DNA from: an uncultured delta proteobacterium
Lineage (GTDB): Bacteria > Myxococcota > Myxococcia > SLRQ01
Length of the DNA stretch: 64,000 bases
Reading direction: 5' to 3'
Assembly (NCBI GenBank): GCA_963727485.1
Contig: CAVSGM010000001.1
Span: 274,006-338,005, forward strand
The position numbers and the translations under genes were made by a program. Shown here piece by piece: positions 56,678-64,000 of the stretch (positions within the stretch are counted from its first letter, which is position 1; the number at the start of each line of letters is the position of its first letter). The notes below the pieces were generated by a model that saw nothing but the letters and a program-made list of their open reading frames with translations, did no database searches and had not been told where the DNA came from.

Positions 56678-58134
56678 TCGTCCACCCCTCCGAGGTAGGG
56701 GAGGCGCAGCTGCCGCTCGACCTGCCAGGGCAGGAGCAGCCGCTGGCCCAGGACCTCGAGGCCGAGGGCGAAGCCCATGGACACCAGCATCCCCGCCAGG
56801 ACCCCCATCACCAGGACCAGCGGGACGTTGGGCTTGTCCGCCTTCTCCGGGAGCTTGGGCCGGCCGATGACGCTGTAGCGGTACTTGAACGCCGCGTTCG
56901 CCACGTCGAGCTCGATGGTGGCCGAGCTGATCCGGCCGAGCAGATCGTCGTAGCTGTCCAGGGCGCGCAGCAGCTGGTTTCTGGCGCTGGCGATGTCCGG
57001 GTCCCGGTTCTCCGAGGGATCCCCCTCGGCGACCTCGTTGCGCGCCAGGTCCACCGCCCGCTGGGCGAGGGTGGTGTCGGTGCGCAGGGTCCCCTCGGCG
57101 CGCTGGGCCGCGTCGTAGCGGGCCTGGAGCTGCGCCGCCTGGGCCCGGAGGTGCTGGAGCTCCGGCGAGGGGGCCTCGAGGGCCAGGATGCTCTGCTTGA
57201 GCGCCACGATGTCCGGGTGGCCCGGGGTGAGCACGGTGCTCTTCTCCCGGAGGGTGGCCCGGAGCTGGGCGAGCCGTCCCTCGCGGGTGGCCTCCACCGC
57301 GGCGATGGCCTGCCGCTTGGCGGAGAGATCGCTGGCGAGCTGGGTGATCTGGAGGTTCTGGCTCCGGCTCCGGCGCCGCGTCGTCACCGCCGGCTTCTCG
57401 GCCTTCACCTCCTGCTTCTGCCGGCTCTGCCGGAGCTTGCGCAGGGTGACGAGGCCCTGGTCCACGCGGCTCTTCTCCTGGGCGGCGTGGGAGTCGAGGA
57501 CCTGGAGGGCGTCGGTGATGCCGCTGACCTCCCGGCTCCGGCGCTGCTCCAGGAACCGGTCGGAGAGGAGCCGGGCGAGGAGCGCGGTGGTCTCCGGGTC
57601 GAACCAGCTCACGTAGATCGGAGATCACGTTGTTCCCCGCCGACACGCCAAGGTGCTCGCGGAGCAGCTTCACCAGCGCGTCCTTGGTCTCCGCCGGGGT
57701 CAGGGGCCCGAGGATCAGGTCGTGGAGCTGGTCCTTGAGGCGGAGGATCGGGGTGCGCGAGGCCTTGAACCGGCGCTCGAGCTGGGCCTCGTCCACCACC
57801 CACTCCAGGTTCTGCTCGGAGAGGAGCATCGGCGCCGCGGCCCGGGTGGGGTCGTCGCCGTACATGGGGATGGTGCGGTGGGGGTTGGCGAGGGCCGGCA
57901 TCTGGTAGTCGGTCATCGCCAGGATCCGGGCCTCGGCGCTGTAGGTCCGGGGCACGGCGAAGAGGAAGCCCACGGTGAGGGCGACGACCCCCAGCGCCAC
58001 GCCGAACATCAGTCGGCGGCGGCGCGCGAGGGCGACGCGCACGTAGGCGAGGACGTCTCCCACCTCCCGCAGGCCCAGGGCGGGCTCGGGGGGCGGCGGG
58101 GGGGCGACGGTCTGGAGCTCGGCAGGATGGGGCA
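56674..58134 (-). CDS. Polysaccharide chain-length determinant protein (GumC/Wzz/Wzc N-terminal-domain family); frame broken by an apparent +1 insertion near 57614
   Basis: N-terminal part (MPHPAELQ...RRRRLMFGVALGVVALTVGFLFAV, TM1, ...LVKLLREHLGVSAGNNVISDL) in one frame. The C-terminal coiled-coil periplasmic domain and TM2 (VSWFDPETTALLARLL...LVLVMGVLAGMLVSMGFALG...) are in the +1 frame. Removing one base from gatctAcgtg joins them as ...ISDLVSWFDPE... Confidence 0.75.
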
Positions 58135-58140
58135 TGGCGT

Positions 58141-58542
58141 TCACCGCGCCTCCCGGCGCGGCGCCTCCACGGGCTCGCCGGCCAGCGCCTGCACGGCGGC
58201 GCGGAACTGGCCGGGGGTGAATGGCTTGAGCAGGTAACCGTTGGCCCCGAGCGCGATGGCCAGCGCCCGGTCCTGGGGCATCCACCGGCCGGTGGTCATC
58301 AGGATCGGGGCCTGCGCCCCGTGGGGGTGCCGGCGGACGGCCTCGCACACGTCGAAGCCGGAGATGGTGGGCAGGCCGATGTCCACGCACACCAGGGCCA
58401 GGGGCCCCTCGTCGAGGAGGGTGAGGGCGGTCCGGCCGTCGTCGGTGGCCTCCACCTCGAAGCCCATCCGGGAGAGGAGCACCGTCAACAGCTGGCGGGC
58501 GCTGGCATCGTCTTCGACCACGAGAGCTCTGCGAACAGCCAT
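58141..58542 (-). CDS. Response regulator, receiver domain only (CheY-like)
   Basis: 133 aa. Conserved receiver residues (VVEDD..., phospho-acceptor region ALVCVDIGLP, T and K in LMTTGR...YLLKPF). No output domain. Confidence 0.8.
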   Translation of the reverse strand: MAVRRALVVEDDASARQLLTVLLSRMGFEVEATDDGRTALTLLDEGPLALVCVDIGLPTISGFDVCEAVRRHPHGAQAPILMTTGRWMPQDRALAIALGANGYLLKPFTPGQFRAAVQALAGEPVEAPRREAR

Positions 58543-58554
58543 GGGAGTCTCACT

Positions 58555-58722
58555 TCAGAGGCGCGGGTAGAGGTAGCGGAGGGCCAGGAGGTAGAGGGCG
58601 GCGACGCCGGCCATGGTCACCACCACCTGGAGCAGGGCGCGGCGGGGGCGCTCGGTCCGGGCGAGGAGCACCGGCACCGCGATGGTCGCCAGGAGGATCG
58701 AGGTGAGGACCAGGGACTTCAT
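58555..58722 (-). CDS. Small (55 aa) two-TM membrane protein, translationally coupled to the upstream OM-protein gene
   Basis: Hand-translated: MKSLVLTSILLATIAVPVLLARTERPRRALLQVVVTMAGVAALYLLALRYLYPRL. Its ATG overlaps the TGA of the 58719..59982 gene (ATGA). G/C-biased third positions. Below the ORF-track size cutoff. Confidence 0.4.
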   Translation of the reverse strand: MKSLVLTSILLATIAVPVLLARTERPRRALLQVVVTMAGVAALYLLALRYLYPRL

Positions 58723-59982
58723 GGCGTCCGGCCTCCGCGGGTGGGATCGTCCTTGGCCGAGGTCTCGCCCGGGCGCACCTCACGGCCGGTGCGCGGATCG
58801 AGGGCGCGCTTCTCGGGGGTGGTGCCGAAGAAGGCGCGCAGCCCCACGAACACGTCCCAGCCGCTGCCGTCGAGGCCCGGCCCCCGGTACCGCTGGGGGA
58901 GCTGCTGGTAGTAGAAGCGCAGCCCGGTCTGGAGCTGGACCCCGGTGGTGAGGGTGTAGCTGCCCTGGGCCCCGAGGGACTGGAGGGCGCCGTCGATGAG
59001 GGGCCCCCGGGCGAGGATCCACACCTGGTCCATGAGGAGGCTGGCGCTGCCCCGACGGGTCAGCTGCAGGGTGGCGGCGGCGTGGATGCCGGCCCGGGAC
59101 TCGAGGGAGCCGTCGAGGCGGTTGAGGGCCGGGCCGGTCCACAGCCGCCCCTCGAGGTCGAGGCTGGAGCCGGGCCAGCGGAACCGGTGGCTCGCCGCCA
59201 GCGAGAGGGCCGGGTGGATGAGGAAGGCGTCGGGGCCCAGCGGCAGCCGGGCGTCCCGGGAGACCACCACCCCCGCCGAGGGCGTGAGCCGGGTGTCCGA
59301 GGCCAGGCGCCGCGCCCAGTCGAGGCTGACCCCGGCGAGATCGTAGGCGGGGCCCGTGGAGAACTCGGTGTGCTGCCAGGTGAGGTGGCCGCTGACCAGG
59401 TCGCGACCGGTGACCGCCTGGCGGAGCGTGAGAATCCGCCCTGGGGCCGTAGCCCAAAGGCAGCACCGCCCGGGCGAGGGTGTCCATGCCCCCGGAGGCG
59501 TCGTAGCCGGCGCTCGCCTCCCAGGTCTGGGTGGGGCTCGCCCGGTAGCGCACGGTGGCCAGCGCGGTGGCGGCGCCGACGGTGATCCGGCTCACCTGGG
59601 GCACCAGGTCGGGGAGGGCGCCGTCGGGGGTGAGGGAGAAGAGCCAGGTCTCCTGCCCATAGCGGGCCCACCCGGCGGCGAAGACCTCGAAGCGGGGGCC
59701 GAGGCGGGCGGTGTAGGAGAGCCGACCGCTCTGGAGCAGGGTGGGCGCCGGCTGGAGGGCGCCGGAGAGCCAGGCGGCCCGGAGGCGGTAGTCGAGGACG
59801 AGCTGCTGGGTCTCCCCGGTGAGGGCCAGCGCCATCTCGGGGCTGATGGCCAGCTCCATCCCCGCGCCCCCGGGCTGGGCGCTGAAGGCGTCCGGCGCCC
59901 GGGCGTGGGTGTCCACCGAGACCCCGGCCTGGACCTGGGGCACCACCGCGGCGGCGAAGAGGAGGCTCAAGACGAAGGACAT
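58719..59982 (-). CDS. Secreted outer-membrane beta-barrel-like protein of EPS locus (unknown function); frame broken by an apparent +1 insertion near 59415-59425
   Basis: ATG 59982 with GGAG upstream. Signal peptide MSFVLSLLFAAAVVPQVQA. The N-terminal 180 aa are in one frame (...DTLARAVLPLGYGP). The remainder (...ILTLRQAVTGRDLVSGHLTWQHTEF...SYTLTTGVQLQTGLRFYYQQ...VFVGLRAFF...) is in the +1 frame. Alternating beta-strand-like pattern. Confidence 0.65.
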
Positions 59983-59984
59983 GG

Positions 59985-60578
59985 CTACTCCACCAGGACC
60001 GTGTCCCGGGGCCGGAGGACGTAGCTGGCGGCCCGGCTCTGGCCCGACACCAGGTCGTCGAAGGTGAAGCGGATGGGCCGCTCCTGGGGGTCGCCCGGGA
60101 CCACGAAGATCCGCGTGGGGTCGGCGAAGTTGTTCAGGCCCCCGGCCCGGGAGAGCGCCTGGAGGATCCCGCTGCCCCGCTGGAGGTCGAACATCCCCGG
60201 GGTGACCACCTGGCCCAGCACCCCGATGCGCAGGGGCTCGGCGGCGACCACGCTCACCACCACCTTGGGCTTGAGCACCACCGCGGAGAGCTTGCCGGTG
60301 ATGGCGCTGGCGGCGGCCTCCGGGGTCATCCCCGCCACGTGGATGTCGCCGACCAGCGGCAGGGTGATCACCCCGTCGCTGCGGACCTTCATCTCGCCGG
60401 AGAGCGGGGTCTGCTTCCACACCTCGACCTTGAGCTGGTCGCCGGGCGCGATGCGGAAGGCGTGACCGTCGGCCAGGGCCGGGTCGACGCTCTTGTACCA
60501 GACGTAGCTGTCGACGTGCTCGCAGCCGGCGGCGGCGAGGACGAGGAGCAGCGGGAGGAGGAGACGCGGGCGGATCAT
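59985..60578 (-). CDS. Polysaccharide export protein, Wza/GumB/EpsA-like periplasmic lipoprotein
   Basis: 197 aa from ATG 60578 (SD GGGAGG). Lipobox LAAAGC. Poly_export and SLBB motifs (PGDQLKVEVW, VTLPLVGDIHVAGMT). Confidence 0.8.
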   Translation of the reverse strand: MIRPRLLLPLLLVLAAAGCEHVDSYVWYKSVDPALADGHAFRIAPGDQLKVEVWKQTPLSGEMKVRSDGVITLPLVGDIHVAGMTPEAAASAITGKLSAVVLKPKVVVSVVAAEPLRIGVLGQVVTPGMFDLQRGSGILQALSRAGGLNNFADPTRIFVVPGDPQERPIRFTFDDLVSGQSRAASYVLRPRDTVLVE

Positions 60579-62119
60579 CGGGAGCCTCCCTGGGGGCGCA
60601 GGAGATGGCGGAGGTCGCGGAGGTCGGTGCGGCGGATGGCGCCGAAGGCGAACGCGAAGCCGACGTAGGCGGCGGCGTCGACCAGCAGCCGGAAGTGGCC
60701 CAGCGGCGCCAGGAGGAAGTGGAGGCCCACCACCGCCCCGGCCGCCGCCGCCGAGCGCATCAGCGGTGGGAGGATCGCCGGGACCACCGAGCGCTTCCCG
60801 GCGGCGAGGTGCATCAGCACCACCGCCAGGACCTCGGTGAGAAAGGTGGCCAGCGCCGCCCCGGTGCCGGCGCCCCCGGGGCCCAGGTGCGTGACGCCCC
60901 AGGGGATGAGCAGGAGGTTGGCCACCGGGTTGAAGGCCAGCGCCGACAGCGAGGTCCAGGCGACCGCCCAGGCCTTGCCCAGCTGGTAGAGGTAGACCGA
61001 GGAGATGGTGGCGACGTAGGTGAGGACGAAGGTCACGCCGAGCAGCTGCAGGGCGCGCACCGCCGGGAGGAAGTCGGCGCCGAAGAGGACCTGCACCGCG
61101 AAGTGGGCCCCCAGCGCCAGCATCAGGGCGATGGGCACCGCCACCGCGGTGGTCAGCCGCAGGGTCCCGTGGATGAAGCCCTTGAGGGCCACCTCGCTCT
61201 CCGCGGCGGCCTTGGAGCTCGAGGGGAGGACCACCGCCACGATCAGGGGCAGCATCAAGAGGGTGACCCCGGTGAGGCTCCCGGCGGCGCCGTACCAGCC
61301 GGCCTCGGTCTCGTTCGCCATGAAGGTGATCATGGTGACGTCGACCTTGTCGTAGACGGTCCGCGCCAGGCCGGCGACGTACCAGGGGAGGCTGGCGACG
61401 ATCACCCCGAAGGTGGCCCGGAGGCGCCAGGTGAGCTCGAGGCCCACGTGGCGCTTCGCCAGGCGCACCAGCACCGCGGTCTTCACCCCCTCGCTGACGA
61501 TCAGCACCGCCGGGATCACGGTCACCGGGAGCCCCGCCGCCAGGCCCCCGGCGATGCCGCCCCCCCAGATGAGCTTGGTGACCACGCTGAGGCGCGCGAG
61601 CCCCTTCACCTCGCCGACCGCCTGGAGGAGCGCGGCGTAGGTGACGTTGGTGGTGAACAGGATCTGGGCGAAGCCGAAGAGCACCGCCAGGTGCAGGGCC
61701 AGGCCCCGGCGCCCGGTGGCCCAGAGCACCCAGGCCATCAGGGCGACCAGCCCGAAGCCCCCGACCACCCGGATCGCCAGCAGCCCCCCGAAGAAGTCCG
61801 AGGCGTGGGTCGGGCGGGTGGCGACCTCCTTGCGGATGTAGTTGTCGACGCCCAGGGAGATGAGGACGAAGAAGGTCGCGGCGAAGTACTCGGCGAAGTA
61901 GAGGGTGCCGAAGAGGGTGGGGCCCAGGAGCCTCGGCAGGGCGAGGCGGACGACGATGGCCACCGCCCAGGTGCCCAGGAGCGCGCTGCCGAGGATCGAG
62001 GCGTTCTTCATCGCCCCGGCGGCCGTGCTCTCCACGCCTCCGGCCGCCGGTTGCCCGGCGCCCGGCCGCAGGGGGATGACCTCCGCGGTGTGGGTCCGCT
62101 CCGCCGCTGGCTCGCCCAT
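60575..62119 (-). CDS. Polysaccharide biosynthesis flippase (Wzx / MOP superfamily)
   Basis: 514 aa, about 12-14 TM helices, typical Wzx-like hydrophobic profile. True start may be the internal MKNASILGSALLG. Confidence 0.75.
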   Translation of the reverse strand: MGEPAAERTHTAEVIPLRPGAGQPAAGGVESTAAGAMKNASILGSALLGTWAVAIVVRLALPRLLGPTLFGTLYFAEYFAATFFVLISLGVDNYIRKEVATRPTHASDFFGGLLAIRVVGGFGLVALMAWVLWATGRRGLALHLAVLFGFAQILFTTNVTYAALLQAVGEVKGLARLSVVTKLIWGGGIAGGLAAGLPVTVIPAVLIVSEGVKTAVLVRLAKRHVGLELTWRLRATFGVIVASLPWYVAGLARTVYDKVDVTMITFMANETEAGWYGAAGSLTGVTLLMLPLIVAVVLPSSSKAAAESEVALKGFIHGTLRLTTAVAVPIALMLALGAHFAVQVLFGADFLPAVRALQLLGVTFVLTYVATISSVYLYQLGKAWAVAWTSLSALAFNPVANLLLIPWGVTHLGPGGAGTGAALATFLTEVLAVVLMHLAAGKRSVVPAILPPLMRSAAAAGAVVGLHFLLAPLGHFRLLVDAAAYVGFAFAFGAIRRTDLRDLRHLLRPQGGSR

Positions 62120-62122
62120 CGT

Positions 62123-63491
62123 CTAGCTCGCCCCCCGGGCGCTGAACACCGCCGGGATGGTCTTGACCAGGAGCTTGAGGTCCAGCGGCAGGCTCCAGTG
62201 GTCGATGTACTGCATGTCGAGGAGCATCCAGCGGTCGAAGGAGATCTCGTTGCGGCCGCTGACCTGCCAGATGCAGGTGATGCCCGGGCGCACCGAGAGC
62301 CGCCGGCGCTGCCAGGTCTCGTAGAGGTCGACCTCGGTGGGGATGGGCGGCCGGGGGCCGACCAGGCTCATCTCGCCGCGCAGCACGTTGAGGAGCTGGG
62401 GCAGCTCGTCGATGGAGAAGCGGCGGATGAACCGGCCGATGGGCGTGATCCGCGGGTCGTGGCGGATTCTTGAACACCGGCCCGTCCTGCTCGTTGAGGG
62501 CCTCGAGGGCGGCGCGCCTGGCCTCGGCGTCGATCACCATCGAGCGGAACTTCAGCATGTCGAAGGGGCGGCCGTGGAGGCCCACCCGCCGCTGGCGGTA
62601 GAAGATCGGACCGCCGTCGAGCTTGATGAGGGCCGCCACCACGCCGAGCAGCGGCGAGAGCACCAGGAGGGCCACCGCCGAGGCGGTGACGTCGAGGAGG
62701 CGCTTGGCGGCGCGCTGGTAGGGCTTGGCCTCGTCGGGCCAGTAGTGGATGTAGCCGTCGTCGGCGCCGGCGGCCCGGGCGCGTCCGAGGCGGAAGGTGG
62801 GCAGGGGCACGGCGAAGGCCAGGCCCAGCGACTCGCAGATCGAGGCCACCCGGGAGAGGATCTCGGCGTTGGCGCCGGCGTCCTCGGCGACGTAGACCTC
62901 GTCCACCGGGTTGTCCACCAGCACCTGGCAGAGCCCCGGGAGCTCCCCGAGGACCTGGGGGCCGTCCACGTCGGGGGCGTCGCCGGGGACCCGGACGAAG
63001 CCCTTGATCCGCACCCGGTCGCCGAGGGCGTCGGCGGTGGCCCGGGCCAGGGCGCCGGTGCCCACGATGATGGCCTCGGCGGCCGGGGCGTCGGCGCCGT
63101 AGCGCGGCCGGAAGATGAACAAGCGCAGGAAGACGATGGGTGCGAAGACCACCGGGACCAACAGCTCCAGGGTGGGCATCGGCGTGCCGTCGGGGAGCAG
63201 GAGCTCGCTGCCGGTGAGCACCACGATGACGCTGGCGACCAGCAGGGAGGTCACCCCCAGGTCCTCGACCCGGGCCCGGAGCCGGGTGGGGTCGTAGTGC
63301 CCGAGGATGAGGCCGAGGAGGAGCCAGAGGCAGGTCACCAGGCCCAGGACCAGGAGGTGACCCTGGAGCCCGAGCGCCAGGCTCCGGCCGTCGGCGACGA
63401 GGAGGCTCCCCGTCCAGATGATGGCCAGATCCGTCGCGAGGTTCACCCTCGCGGTCCGGCCAGGCAGTAGCCGATCCGCAGCCGCGGTCAT
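62123..63491 (-). CDS. Initiating polyprenyl-phosphate sugar-1-phosphate transferase (WbaP/EpsB-type bacterial sugar transferase); frame broken by an apparent +1 insertion near 62455
   Basis: N-terminal TM region plus Rossmann-like domain. Catalytic C-terminal domain motifs: [24 protein letters not shown], then after the shift (K)[40 protein letters not shown]. Removing the extra a from aagAatccgcc restores a continuous protein. Confidence 0.8.
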
Positions 63492-63675
63492 GATGCCCCC
63501 CCGGGCGCTGTGGCGCCGTCATCGGTCCGAAGCAGGACCCGACCCGCGACCTGCGGCCGGGCCGCCCGACAGCGGCAACGCTGGCCTGACGAGGAGCAAG
63601 GGCCGTGCCGCCGGCCCCCTGGGGGAGCGAAGTCCCCGATTCCCCCACACCGTGTGGGTGTGGGTACGATTGAGC

Positions 63676-63707
63676 CCCCCGGGGCGGGCGCGGATCCGCC
63701 CCGGGGG
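63676..63707 (-). terminator. 12-bp perfect GC stem-loop (CCCCCGGGGCGG-N8-CCGCCCCGGGGG) downstream of the GH44-paralog stop
   Basis: Perfect inverted repeat 82 nt after the stop at 63789 on the minus strand. No U-tract. Confidence 0.3.
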
Positions 63708-63788
63708 TGCACAACTTGACCCGAGGCCGGATCCTACCGGGCAAACTCTGCTGCGCCCCGCCGGGTCACCGGGACCCCGGCCGCGCGG

Positions 63789-64000
63789 CTAGGGCGTGAG
63801 CACGAAGGTGGTGACGCTCTGGGCGGGCAGGGTGGCCACGAAGGCGTTGGTCGCCGAGAGGGTCGGCGCAGGGACCGGGGCCGGATCGGCATTCCCTGCC
63901 GTCACCGCGTAGGCCGCCACCGTGCCGTAGGTCGTGGTCCCGGTGACCTGGATCCCGGCGGAGAGATCCCCACTCGAGCGGTTGATGGCCACCACCACCA
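63789..64000 (-). CDS. C-terminal end of a second GH44-like hydrolase paralog (gene continues beyond the window)
   Basis: The C-terminal 69 aa (...VVAINRSSGDLSAGIQVTGTT...PAPVPAPTLSATNAFVATLPAQSVTTFVLTP) align residue-for-residue with the C-terminus of the 47679..49396 protein (...VVALNKSSAPLTVALRVSG...PAPVPAGTLKPVVANGFRDTLPAMSVTTYVLAP). Confidence 0.6.
   Translation of the reverse strand, partial: VVVAINRSSGDLSAGIQVTGTTTYGTVAAYAVTAGNADPAPVPAPTLSATNAFVATLPAQSVTTFVLTP

Noticed and set aside
39696-64000. Explicitly calling this a PEP-CTERM/exosortase locus
   Set aside because: The gene set (AsnB-like, ACP, acyl ligase, FemAB-like GNAT, deacetylase, Wzy_C ligase, GumC-like determinant) is suggestive. 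But no exosortase (XrtA/EpsH), EpsI, or protein ending in a PEP-CTERM sorting signal is present in the window. Kept as a hypothesis in findings only.

Overview
High-GC (about 70%) bacterial chromosomal segment with a Gram-negative-type gene order. My guess at a myxobacterial/deltaproteobacterial source is inference only. Four blocks are visible.
(1) 1-15387, plus strand: a complete division/cell-wall (dcw) cluster, ftsI (3' end)-murE-murF-mraY-murD-ftsW-murG-murC-murB-ddl-ftsQ-ftsA-ftsZ, with tightly overlapping stop/start codons. Downstream is a HAD-family hydrolase.
(2) 16249-21932, minus strand: an unannotatable family of paralogous membrane proteins built from a repeated ~90-aa module (signature A-x-A-R-x-R-A-A-F-P-G ... 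A-D-L-x-A-A-R-x-x-L-R-x-L) plus small Cys-motif membrane proteins. Each transcription unit is preceded by the same palindromic DNA motif, AATCGGCC-N3-CGTCCGTCGGACGAA. This is the most novel-looking system in the window.
(3) 22046-29666: an MFS organophosphate antiporter, a small secreted beta-rich protein, a hotdog thioesterase, a beta-propeller lipoprotein with a CxxCH motif, an HTH regulator, an MBL-fold lipoprotein, an Ala/Pro-rich anchored protein and a DUF1905/YdeI-like protein.
(4) 29756-39541: a GlgE-pathway alpha-glucan operon, glgE - treS/maltokinase fusion - malQ - glgB. GlgB carries a histone-H1-like AKKA-repeat N-terminal tail.
(5) 39696-64000: a large exopolysaccharide (EPS) locus. 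Plus-strand half: GNAT, AsnB-type amidotransferase, ACP, AMP-dependent acyl ligase, NadE-like PP-loop enzyme. Minus-strand half: ATP-grasp, WecB/TagA glycosyltransferase, GH44 hydrolase, polysaccharide deacetylase, FemAB/CelD-like GNAT, GT2-acetyltransferase fusion, degenerate BY-kinase-like protein, serine-acetyltransferase-like protein, GT2, Wzy/O-antigen-ligase-like protein, GumC-like chain-length determinant, receiver-only response regulator, 55-aa membrane protein, outer-membrane beta-barrel protein, Wza-like exporter, Wzx flippase, initiating sugar transferase, and a second GH44 paralog running off the window. This gene set resembles exosortase/PEP-CTERM-type EPS loci, but no exosortase or PEP-CTERM-tailed substrate is visible.
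A striking technical observation: at least 11 clear single-nucleotide indel frameshifts interrupt otherwise intact, highly conserved genes (murF, ftsA x2, ftsZ x2, glgB x3, chain-length determinant, OM protein, sugar transferase), and several more are suspected. This most likely reflects an indel-prone assembly rather than pseudogenes. No rRNA, tRNA, CRISPR or mobile elements were seen.
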